Source of the DNA: Octopus sinensis
Lineage: Eukaryota
Length of the DNA stretch: 64,000 nucleotides
Assembly (NCBI RefSeq): GCF_006345805.1
Contig: NC_043004.1
Span: forward strand, 16,802,001 to 16,866,000
Direction of reading: 5' to 3'
The notes beneath the pieces were generated by a model, which was not told the DNA's origin, did not search any database, and worked only from the letters and a program-made list of their open reading frames with translations. Below are positions 53,445 through 64,000 of the stretch, piece after piece. Made by a program: the position numbers and the translations under genes. How positions within the stretch are numbered: the first letter of the stretch is position 1; each line of letters starts with the position of its first letter.

Positions 53445-53774
53445 TAACAATGAAGGGTGAAATTAATTATCAATTACACCAAGTAGTCTTCGGCATGTAA
53501 AAGCCTCATTCGAGGAAAATTTAAGTAATACTAAGCCATTAAGGGTTTAGCAACGAATTGCCTTACCGCACACCGAATTTAGAAATAGCAGTCAAAGAGA
53601 TTATAGCTATTTCTTCTACTAAAAGGGAGATCTCAGTGTTTGTGTTTGCCTTTCAAATGCTGTGTTTTTACTGAGATCTCCCTTTTAGTAGAAGAAATAA
53701 CTATAATCTCTTTGACTGCTATTTCTAAATTCGGTGTGCGGTAAGGCAATTCGTTGCTAACCCTTAATTGCTTA
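53445..53774. repeat. Fold-back element (arms 53532-53637 and 53670-53774); left arm extends into a decayed HHR-like motif
   Basis: Nearly perfect ~105 bp arms; (TA)n on both flanks. Confidence 0.9.
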
Positions 53775-53800
53775 CTATATATATATATAATATATATATA

Positions 53801-53842
<42 letters not shown>

Positions 53843-53959
53843 TTATTTACATATCTACATATATATGTATATATACATGCATATATGTGTACAGGACATC
53901 AAAAAAAACATAAGGTGTGTATATATATATTTATATAGGGAGAATTCACTAAAAAATAA

Positions 53960-54115
53960 AAGACAAAACAGGTGGTATAGGCAACAAACAGATGTATTAG
54001 TTTAAAGCTCGGGAAGTGAAAAAGTATTTAACGTTTCGAGTTCACGCTCTTCCACACAAAGGAACAGAGAAAGAAACAAGGAGAGAAAATAAAGAATGTG
54101 TAGTGTCTAGCGATC
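53960..54115 (-). repeat. PLE terminal (pLTR-like) remnant
   Basis: Minus-strand ggaagagcgtgaactcgaaacgtt resembles a decayed PLE hammerhead; flanked by (TA)n. Confidence 0.4.
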
Positions 54116-54124
54116 TATCATATA

Positions 54125-54160
<36 letters not shown>

Positions 54161-54195
54161 TGTATGTATATATATATATGTGTGTGTGTGTGTGA

Positions 54196-54234
<39 letters not shown>

Positions 54235-55058
54235 TACTTATAAATCTTCCTTATATTTTCAAACTGCTTATTTCTCCTTATCTCAGAACACTTACTATCA
54301 GTAAGTAAATTGCCAACAACGACATTTTTCCAATTTGAAAATTAAAAGGTTGTATATTCAAACGTTTATAAAAATTAATAAACCAGAATAAAATATTAAA
54401 TTATCAAATATCTTTCCCATCTATCATTTCTATGTTAGGAATACATTTATATGTGAGAAATTTCATTTGAAAACTGTCAAACATTTAGTAGTTACATATT
54501 AGGATGTTTTTAACCCGTTTGTTCAAATCGATATGAAAAGCACTTTTGGGTAAAAATGACCATTTCATAATAAACAGATATTTATGTATTTCAAAATAAA
54601 AATAAACAAGTTGCCTATAAAATATATTTTTAATTCTATATTACGTTTCAAGTCAGAACTCAGATTGTGAAGTGAGTTATAGCTTGTGGTAATTGATGAA
54701 GAGAAAACAATTAAGAAATATCATCAAAGAATTTTTTTTTTCCTTTATTTGCGTTTAACTTGTTATTTTCAGTATAATTAGATATTATCTTACAAAGTTT
54801 CCGACCAGCTCTTTTTCTCGAACTTTCAAATATAAACAAGATAAAATACTAAGCATTTTGTAGCTTCAGCAATAATTTTGCTAACGTAAATATTTTTTGC
54901 AAATGATATAGTAATTATTAATGTCTGCCAGCAGCTTTCTTACTTTACTAACATTTTTATTAATCGAGTGATAAAATGAAATGCTTATTCACGCTTACAG
55001 ATGCACGCACAACTCACATTTAAACATTTGTTCTTACACATGCCGCTAGACACACACA

Positions 55059-55119
<61 letters not shown>

Positions 55120-55205
55120 ACTCTCTCACGAACATATAACAAATAAGTATATTTTCACATTCACATTGCTGCATACACGTATACATTTCATACATTCATA
55201 CATAA

Positions 55206-55256
<51 letters not shown>

Positions 55257-55268
55257 CATGTGTATATA

Positions 55269-55304
<36 letters not shown>

Positions 55305-55473
55305 TGTATGTATGTATGTATGTATGCATTTCTGCTTATATGTACTTATGTGTGTGCAAAGTGTTGCAGTCTTCTAAACTTATGTTGAATTACCACTTTG
55401 CCTGAAGCTAGTATTCGTATTCGGCAAGGCTTCCTGTGTCTTGTTTCAGTTTTCAGAATTATTGTTATTATTA

Positions 55474-55522
<49 letters not shown>

Positions 55523-55849
55523 CATTATTATTATTATTGCTGATGTTGTTTTGCGAAGCAAACGTGAAGCAGAACTATAGTGTTCATCTGCATCAGCTTT
55601 CGTTCTCGGTTCAAATAACAGCCGTCGGTGTGTTTAAAATACAACCCACCATCAGAATGAATATCAGAAATATAAGTCCTGTTCTATGATTGATTTTTAT
55701 CTCATGCATCTATACATAAATACATACATCTATTGATTTATATAAGGAATCAAATGTAAAGAGCCGGGTCCATAACTTTCACAGATCTTCAAGTAAAAAT
55801 GAATGATGCGACAGATGCCAACCTTAAATTTATTTAGGCCAATGCGTAC

Positions 55850-56140
55850 AGAACACTTGTACACAGTGAAGGAATTGTAAGACCCAACATCATAAATATA
55901 ACATATCGTTATTTGTTTTCCAAGATGAAATTGTACTGGTTAATCATCCTACTTATTTGAGCATGTTGGTGGAGTATGTGCAATCATAAACATTAGCCCA
56001 AATGCGGGTGATGTTCGCTGCCTTTAATTCTAGAGCACCTCGTCACAAGCCCATATTAGAGGACCGGCCTCACATTTTGAACGGTACCACTGCTACACAC
56101 AAACATTTTATGGAGTTCCTACAGAGGTACTAGTTGACGT
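55850..56140 (+). mobile_element. Possible decayed Helitron Rep fragment
   Basis: Cross-frame peptides ISPNAGDVRCL, ILEHLVTSPY, EDR..LNG..F.E loosely match V.P..GE.YYLRLLL.H..GP.S.EDL...NG; weak. Confidence 0.28.
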
Positions 56141-56825
56141 ATTAAGCTGTCTTCTCTTTCTATCTTTCCTATCGCTATTAAACAGGCTTTTAAAACTGGA
56201 GATGTTTTTCCACGTATTAACGTTACTAAGGATTTTCTCTTCTCATCACCCAAAGCATGATCAACCCTTATCCAGTTTCCCCACCAACTACTTCTACTAC
56301 TTCATGAAATCTATTCTTCCTAAGATGTCGGCCATCTAGAATTTCGTCACAACAGGTGTCTTTCCTGCAGTCTCCAGTTTGCAACAGATTAACACGAAAG
56401 TTAAGGACATTAATCCGATTAATCTCGGAGGGCGTGTAAAGACCAATAGTACGATGCACTCCCACTTCCCCCAAAGCACCTCCTTTCATATTGCTTCACG
56501 CCTTTCAGCTGAAAATTACTACTAGACTATAGCTATTACAATCATGTTTCCTTCTATATGTTGCATTCCGAATTTTTTCCAGGGCCAAGGGCTGGATGTT
56601 CAAGTGACTATGTCAGCTCGAGAACTACATAGCAACCTAAACTTATTATAGAAAATGTGATACATTTGCCCAGGTCATATTCGCATGCGTATGACAGTTA
56701 TGATTGAGGTTGTATGTGCGTGTGTGTATGTGTCTAACAGTATGTATAGGTATATGTGTATAATAATATGTATATACATATAAATATATACGTTGTTATG
56801 TATTTATATGTATGTATATATATAT

Positions 56826-57420
56826 ATAATTTACAATATAAGGTCAAAAGAAAAATTCTAATGCCAAATATGCCGAAAAAAAAGACAGAAATTGTCAATT
56901 AACCATTATAATTTATGCGTTTCGAAACGAACCGATAGGATTTTTTTTTTAATTCGTTATTACCGTATTGGACCAATTTCGGAGTTAATTCATAAGAATT
57001 TTCTCCTCGTCAGCGGCAAATACGCGAGATATAAGTGAAATACTTACTCATACCCACGGAAAAAGCAAACACCAAGTCCTGAGCAGACCTAAGTACCCCA
57101 AATATATCCAAAATAGAAAATCTTCGGCACATCTCGAGGCACGTGTGATTTGATAGAATCCGGAAGTGAACACTATTTAATTTATAATTAATGTAAGATA
57201 AATTTTTTTTCGGGAAAAAAAATTTCATCAATGGCCAGCATATCAAAAAATACCCTTAAAGGTTACATTTATAAATAATTTACAATATAAGGGCAAAAAA
57301 AAAATTCTAAGGCCAAATATGCCGAAAAAAAAAAGACAGAAATTGTCAATTAACCATTATATTATGGTAATAACGAATTTTAGAAATTTCTATCGGTTTG
57401 TTTCGAGACGCATAAATTAT
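56826..57420 (-). repeat. Rearranged PLE 3' UTR / pLTR: 85 bp direct repeats (56826-56910, 57276-57361) plus ~60 bp inverted segment
   Basis: ataatttacaatataagg..caattaaccattata occurs twice; 56908-56967 is inverted at 57362-57420. Confidence 0.85.
56964..57016 (-). ncRNA. Hammerhead ribozyme motif
   Basis: Minus strand: CTGACGA (57013-57007), GGAG/CTCC stem II with inner AATTC/GAATT hairpin, GAAA, ATTGGT, GUC triplet at 56971; stem I imperfect. Confidence 0.6.
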
Positions 57421-57427
57421 AATTTAC

Positions 57428-58701
57428 GGGGGACGGATTTGCTCTTTATGTAGAGTGGTTCTCTTTCTCAAAGTCATACTCGTCTGTGCCATATAGTTGT
57501 TCCCACCATCCGAGCAGGTTATTACATAAATTAGGTTTTCAGAGGCACAAGTGAAACTAGCTTTAATTCTGAACCTCTGTCCTTGTTTGAAATGTAAATC
57601 CGAGCCTTCAAGTCGGTTGGAGCAGGTTCCACAGTTTGGTCGTCAATATTTTTCAATTGTTGGTTCCGTGGTTGTTTTGTAAAGCTTCGCATTTGTTAGT
57701 AGTCTCTTTAGTGATTTGTCTTGCTTTTTATATTTGATGAGTTTGTGTGTTTTCAGGATGTCGTTCATTTTTGGATCTCTAGTTAGTAAAAGAAGATTTT
57801 GCACAGTAGTGTTCAAGGTCTCATTGTTTCTGGGGTTGTGTGTTGATATAAATAGTAATGTTTTGAGATGAGGTGTGGTATACTGTTTTGTTGTTCTTGG
57901 TGTTTTTTTGCACGTTTAATTCCCTCGTCGATAAGTGAGGGTGGATATTGTCTTTTAATAAGCGTTGTTTTGAGGTCTTGAAAACGAAGGTCCAGAGTTG
58001 TTCTATCAGACACTATTGTGCAAATCCCTTTTGCCATTATTAAGATAATGTTTTGAATCAGTTGGTTTATAATAAATGTCAGTTATGATTTGATTGTTGA
58101 CTTTTTTATCATGATGTCCAAAAATGGGAGTTGTCCATTGTGAATTGAATGTTACTATTTATATCATTTAGTGTCGATTTGAAATCCAAAAGTGTGTCGA
58201 TATCTCTTTCCAAATTATAAAGCAGTCATCCAGGTATCTCTTCCACTTTTCTCTTATGTAGAGGTAAAATGGGTAACCATATTTCTGAAGAGATACTTCA
58301 TATCAGGTGAATTCAAAATAACCCATTATTAGGTCCGCAAGAACAGGGGCTGCTTTCGTTTCCATCGCAATTCCGCAATAATGTCGATAGTATGTGTCAT
58401 CATATAGGAAATAATTGTTCTGAAGTATAAATTTTAAGGATTCAATAATAAAGATCTGGTTTATAAGTTCCGGGAGTACTTCGGGGTACTTTTCCAACCG
58501 GAATTTAATTGATTTTATTCCATAGTCATGGGGGATGCTGGTGTAAAGATTGATAACTTCGAGGGTAACCAATATTGCCTCTTCATTAATTGTTTTTGGT
58601 TGGGGTTCTAGCATGTCTAAATCATTTCTAATGAGACTTTTGATGTATTTCAGCAAGGGTTTCCGTAAGATGTCTAGAAATTTGCTTAAACGGTGGGTTT
58701 C
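57428..58701 (-). mobile_element. PLE (Neptune-like) RT + partial GIY-YIG, decayed
   Basis: CETHRLSKFLDI, TLEVINLYTSIP, GIAMETKAAP..LIMGY, RYLDDCFIIW, YPPSLIDEGI, RPNCGTC, FTCASENLIYVITC..YMAQT..LRKR..H. Confidence 0.9.
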
Positions 58702-58795
58702 ACATCCTGAAAACACATAAACTCATCAAATGTAAAAATGTAAAAAGCAAGACAAATCACTAAAGAGACTATTAACATATGCGAAGCTTTACAAA
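58702..58795 (+). repeat. Inverted copy of PLE-internal segment 57676-57761 at the 5' truncation point
   Basis: acatcctgaaaacac..aagcaagacaaatcactaaagagact..gcgaagctttacaaa is the reverse complement of 57676-57761, with a 7 bp duplication. Confidence 0.9.
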
Positions 58796-58869
58796 TATGC
58801 TCCAATTATGTACACATACAGACACAGGTTTTACCCCCTTCCCTTTGTCTTTGTCCAAATATATTCTTT

Positions 58870-59065
58870 TATTATTTTAATTGCATCTGTCATTTAACTG
58901 CGGCCATGCTGGAGCGCCGCCTTTAGTCGAGCAAATCGACCCTAGGACTTATTCTTTGTAAGCCTAGTACTTATTCTGTCGGTCTCTTTTGCTGAACCGC
59001 TAAGATACGGGGACGAAAACACACCAGCATCGGTTGTCAAGCAATGTTGGGAGGAGAAACACACA
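58870..59065 (-). mobile_element. SINE family A tail
   Basis: actgcggccatgctggagcgccgcctttagtcgagcaaatcgacc..gaaccgctaag. Confidence 0.88.
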
Positions 59066-59124
59066 CACACACACATATTTAAAGAGGACTTATAATTTTG
59101 TGTGTATGTATGTGAGGTACAGGT

Positions 59125-59358
59125 CAAGGCAAGGTTGTTTATGGGAGACTATTTTCCTCTCTCCACGCCACTGATGTTCTCCAGGGGAAAGACAAAGGCT
59201 GATACAGTTTAGTACCAGTGACGTAGTAACTAATTTCGACACCTGAATGAACTAGAGCAACACAAAATAAAGTGTCTCGCTCAAGAACACAACACACAGC
59301 CCAGTCCGAGAATCGAACTCGTAAGTCCGACGCTCTAACCAGTGAGCCGTGCACGTTC
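59125..59358 (-). mobile_element. tRNA/CORE-type SINE family C
   Basis: Minus strand: ggctcactggttagagcgtcggac..gagttcgattctc (A/B boxes), then gtgttgtgttcttgagcgagacacttt. Confidence 0.75.
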
Positions 59359-59431
59359 AGACACGCACTCACATACACTCCCACACACACATACACAAAC
59401 ATTCTCTCTCTCTCTCTCTCACACACACATA

Positions 59432-59572
<141 letters not shown>

Positions 59573-61018
59573 CAGCAAATGCTTTTTTGTAACAAGACGA
59601 TCAGATTTATTATTTCCAATAACTTTTTGAATGTGAAAAAATTACTTGAGTGCTTTCTATTGACTACGTACCAAGTTTCATCTGTTAACAAATATATTAC
59701 TCACTATAAAAAGAAACCAGACAAAATACATTTTGATATAAAATCGGAACGAAATTATTTATTTCAAAAACGAATCTGAGGTTTCTCAGTATAATCTGGT
59801 GAAAAATTCAATTTAATTCTCGCTATGACCATATTACTTTAGCAACAGAGTGATGCCATGCTATTTACCATAATTTAAAACTTAGGATTAAAGAGAGAAA
59901 ATAAAACATTAGCTGGCATGCGAAAGTTTTCTTTGGAGAAATGGTATACAAGTCTACGAATTATTTTTAAAATCTGTGAGCTAATGTAGAAATTCAAATA
60001 AAACTAGCACGGAATTATTTAATATTTAATAATTATTACTTTTCGGTCTGTATGATCAACGTATTATTCACAGTCACTGTGGAGTTTATTTACATAGCGT
60101 ATATTACTGCATATTGAAAAAATAGATCCAAAAGAAAAAAACAATTTCACCGAAAAAATATAATTACAGTTTGATTACAACTTTAATTCTTTGAAAAACA
60201 AATAATTGATATAATTAGCCATGCTATAAAGATTGAACTATCACACTAATAATCTATAACTGACAGGGAAAAGACAAATTCAGAAAAAAAGTAAACACGA
60301 AATTTTAATGATTTGTTGGGCATTCTTTAAGAGATACAGTTATGCGTTCAGTGGGTAAAATATAGATAGCAATACTTCCTCTCCCGACAGACTTACGTTT
60401 ATAGACTTACGAATCTCATACAGAACTCATGTATCCGTTTATACCCTTGTACCACGCACAAGTCTACAGATCTATAAATCGACATTATGAAACCACAAAC
60501 ACGAGGTAATTAGAAGTAATGCGCTCAAACTTTCAACAAAAATAGTATTGCCTAAATTGCACTGGTGAATTAAAACAATGCTATGAAACAATTCTTACTT
60601 TGAGGCATAACATTTTCATTCGGATTTCATTTTTCAGTTTCGATACATAGAATTATGCCCGGCAGAAAAACATATTCAGCAGAATTTCAATAAAGATCTT
60701 GAATCTAATTATATTTACTATCTTCATAAAAGTGAATTATCTCCTCATAAACGAAAACTCATAGTCTTCCCAGAGGCACATTTAGAAATATATATATAAT
60801 TCATAGGTATGCTAGCGTGTTACCTGTCATGTGACGGGTGACTTAGGAAGAATACTTTTGCAACCAGCAGTAATATTAGGAAATATATATCATACATAAA
60901 AGAATTATAATTCAACTTTTATGGAATTTTTAATACTAATACAAAATTATGAAATCTATTCTAGTTTGAAAAGATAAAAATGATTACCTTAATTATTACT
61001 TTAAAATAAAATAAAATA

Positions 61019-61390
61019 AAACAAGAGCACTCAAAGAGCGCAAACCTCCGCCAAGGCAACACCAATGGCCTCTCAACGATTAGCCAGGGATGATTTTTAA
61101 AATGAGAATATCTGAAATAAACTCGATTGCCCTAACAAACGAGAATACTAGAAATATACCCCACAGCTCTCAAAAAGTAAGATTAAAAAAAACCGGAAAA
61201 ATAAACCAGAATCCTTGACCGGTTTCGGATCGATCCCAGATTCTAATCGGTTCGTGCTAGTCACAAGGCCAAACATCACTGAAAGTTTCACCCGAATCCA
61301 TGTAGCAGTTCTTGAGACAAACAAACAAACTAACAAACAATCAAACACGATTGAAAACACTAGATCCGTCTTCGGTAAGGCGGAGGTAAT
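61019..61390 (+). mobile_element. Helentron-associated-type non-autonomous element (subterminal IRs, hairpin, internal microsatellite)
   Basis: acctccgcc (61044-61052) and ggcggaggt (61379-61387), ccgtcttcgg hairpin, (AAAC)n tract. Confidence 0.6.
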
Positions 61391-61688
61391 AAAACAATAT
61401 TCAAAAAGTAAGAATGATTGAAAACAAATTATAAGTTCGTTTTAAATTCGAGATTAAAATATTGTAAACTTTGAATCAATTTAAGAGAAGAGAATGACAT
61501 ACATTATACATGTGTGTATGTGCATGTGTGTGTGTGTGTGTGTATTTGAGTGTAAATATGTGTGCATGTTTGTGTTTTTCTTATATAGTTACACTAAAAT
61601 ATGTCCTAAAAGAAGAGCAAAGATTTGTATGCTCATTTGGCATAGATTGCTACAATGATCTTTTATTGTACCCCGTTTTCTTTTCCAG

Positions 61689-61779
61689 TTCATTGCTCCT
61701 AATGCTATCCAAATTGATACAGACGTCCATTTCTGCACAGAGAAATATATATGTACAGTGTACGAGTGTAGCAAATTAT
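61689..61779 (+). other. Candidate internal exon of an unidentified host gene
   Basis: Strong acceptor cttttattgtaccccgttttcttttccAG and perfect GTAAGT donor; two frames open (FIAPNAIQIDTDVHFCTEKY.. or SLLLMLSKLIQ..); no secure homology. Confidence 0.33.
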
Positions 61780-62337
61780 GTAAGTACTGGATACTGATAT
61801 CATGAACAACATTCATATTGATGTCGTTGCTCATTGATTCCAACAAACAGAACAGAAATAATATTACAAGGAAAGAGAGCTGTACCAAATTTTCGGGTTT
61901 CAGGATAGCAGCAGCACAATGGAGTGAGAGGATGCGGCTAAGAACAATGACACACACACACAAACACCTTCACACCCATAACCATACACATACACACATA
62001 CACGGACGCAAACACATATCTTAGAACACAATGCAGTAAGTGGAGCAAGAAAACGAAAAGTGTTGCTGAAGAGGTCACAGATGTGTGACATAAGATTTCC
62101 GGACAATGGACATGAGTTAAAATAAAAAAAGAAAAATATGAACACTAATAAATGAGTGAAGAACAAATATATAGTGCGTGTGTTTATCTGGCAAAAAGAA
62201 ATATATAAGTAAAAATGACCAACCCGAAATACAACAATATCTGTTTCACCACACAATTTCTCATCGGGGATCTTGCAACATAAATTGATAAAGATTACAA
62301 GGAAACAGTTTTATATTTAAGAGATGAGGAATTATGT

Positions 62338-62481
62338 ACATTATTTACATTTGATGGATATTTGTCCTCATCTTGTTTATTAACACAATGTTTCGGCTGA
62401 TATACCCTACAAGCCTTCATCAGGTGTCTTGGGAAAATTGCAAACCTGGGTTCTCCTTCAGAAGGTATTTTTCGGTGTTGC

Positions 62482-62532
<51 letters not shown>

Positions 62533-62731
62533 CATTATTATTATTCCGAGTTCGATTCCAGGCAGTGACCTGAATAATAATAGTAATAACATCGAAAAAT
62601 ACCTGAGGAATATGAACCTAGGTTCGAAATTTACCCAAGACACCTGATGAAGGCTGGAGGGTATATCAGCCGAAATATTTTGTTAACAACAAACAAGATG
62701 AAGAGAAATATCCGTCAAATGTAAATAATGT
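62338..62731. repeat. Fold-back element (arms ~62338-62490 and ~62575-62731) with hammerhead motifs in both arms
   Basis: Plus copy: cac CTGATGA A GGCTG..CAGCC GAAA tatt (62641-62679); minus copy at 62383-62427. Centre holds (ATT)n and a B-box fragment gagttcgattcc. Confidence 0.9.
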
Positions 62732-64000
62732 AAATAATTACAAGGAAAGCCTTCAATAAAACGTACTCAGAGATAACTGTTGAGCCTATATGGAGATGCG
62801 TCTCTGTGTTAATAACTCAGCATATGTGACGGTTACAAGAAATGATAATTCGCTTATACAATATTGATCAAATGACATTAGTATTTAAACATGTTGAGTT
62901 ATAAACAAGAATCTATCTGAAACAAGGTGTACTGAATGTAATGAAAATGGCGTGTTTATTTTTAAATTTGATTTGGTCACCACTGTCGAGGCGTTATTAG
63001 AAATTTTTTTTCAGTGTCTGGCTATTTCATATGTAAAATAATTGTATGTACTGATATTTTCGTATGAATCGATAATTCAGAAAGTCTAAACTATTTCCAT
63101 GCAATGGGCGAAGTTCATACATTTTGGCTGTTAGTTATAGTCTCGATATACGATTATGAAATTTCATTTCAATTATTCCTCTCCTTTCTACGATTTTCTC
63201 CTATTAGGCTGTCACCCTACATAAGTAGATTCAAAACTTTTACTAGAACTACCGAATTTAGCAAATATATAATCTTAGGTATTTTAATAAAACCAATTTT
63301 CCAAAATATTGGACTCACTTCCATACTTTTCCCGAGCTTGAGGTGATATTTCTCGGTTTTTGTTGCAACAGACGTTCTACCATACTAGAATATCTCTCGC
63401 AACTATTTTGCACATTTTATCAAATATTTCACCAATAAAAGAAATTCTTCTTGTGGACGCTTTCAGAATTAAACACTACCTATAAGATTTGAATCGACGT
63501 TTCATATCATCAGAGAATCGTATGATTCTCTGCTTATGGGTCTGCAGTGATGCATATATGCTTTTCTAAGTGATAGGAGACAGTTTCAGCCTTTTTATTT
63601 CCCCTTAAACTAAGCTACGATTTTGTTTTCCAAAAATAACAAATACGATGCGTTCCAGACTTTACACATAACACAATAATTTTTGTAGTCTTCTTTCGTT
63701 TATTAGTTTTTTTCATTCAGTTTACCAATTACCTACGATGCAATTTTCCATAACGTTTGAAACGAAATACTTTATTGGCTTCGTTTTTTTATATGTATTT
63801 GTTTCAAATAAAGTGTTTTGCCTTCTAAGTATTCAAGCTATGTTTCTATAATTACATTCATTTGTGTCATAGTATAAAAAAACACAGACGTTCAGTATGC
63901 TATAATATTATTAGATATTCTCATACGTACACTCTTTTAGAATATTAGATCGTCTCATTCGAGAATTACTTTATCAGCTTAAGAGATTAAAAACAGACAC

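Noticed and set aside
53485-54058. Functional hammerheads at 53485-53515 and 54025-54058
   Set aside because: Core positions are altered non-compensatorily (CTCGAATGA/GAAGAC; GTGGAAGA); treated as relics only.
56268-56489. 73 aa ORF, faint resemblance to an L1/Tx1 endonuclease segment
   Set aside because: Similarity too weak to support without a profile search.
60405-63278. Additional candidate exons 60405-60505 and 63208-63278
   Set aside because: Weaker splice signals, no recognisable peptide, and phases do not give a consistent three-exon frame with 61689-61779.

Overview
AT-rich, microsatellite-dense animal genomic DNA. The SINE families and repeat load suggest an octopus-like cephalopod (inference). 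I found no confidently identifiable host gene; almost everything recognisable derives from transposable elements. (1) The dominant feature is a >=7.6 kb fold-back at the window start (arms 1-3125 and 4506-7638). It is made of a young Penelope-like retroelement (PLE) with RT (YRDD), an Asn-rich linker and a C-terminal GIY-YIG endonuclease. A canonical-core hammerhead ribozyme (HHR) with an unusually long stem II lies downstream at 8353-8468. (2) Two further PLE RT fragments of a different, YLDD type lie at 30.5 kb and 57.4 kb. (3) At least four small fold-back elements (31.3, 31.9, 44.0, 62.3 kb) carry minimal HHR motifs in both arms, always reading outward from the centre like the giant one. 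Two of them have a UUGAAAA core, i.e. a compensatory U3-A8 pair instead of C3-G8. (4) The rest is Dong/R4-type RLE LINEs, RTE remnants, mariner and maT/DD37D transposons, non-autonomous Helitrons, three tRNA-derived SINE families and a 1.06 kb near-perfect tandem duplication. Both the giant palindrome and the tandem duplication differ between copies mainly by 1-bp indels, so long-read assembly artefact must be excluded. All alignments, folds and identities were judged by eye, not computed.
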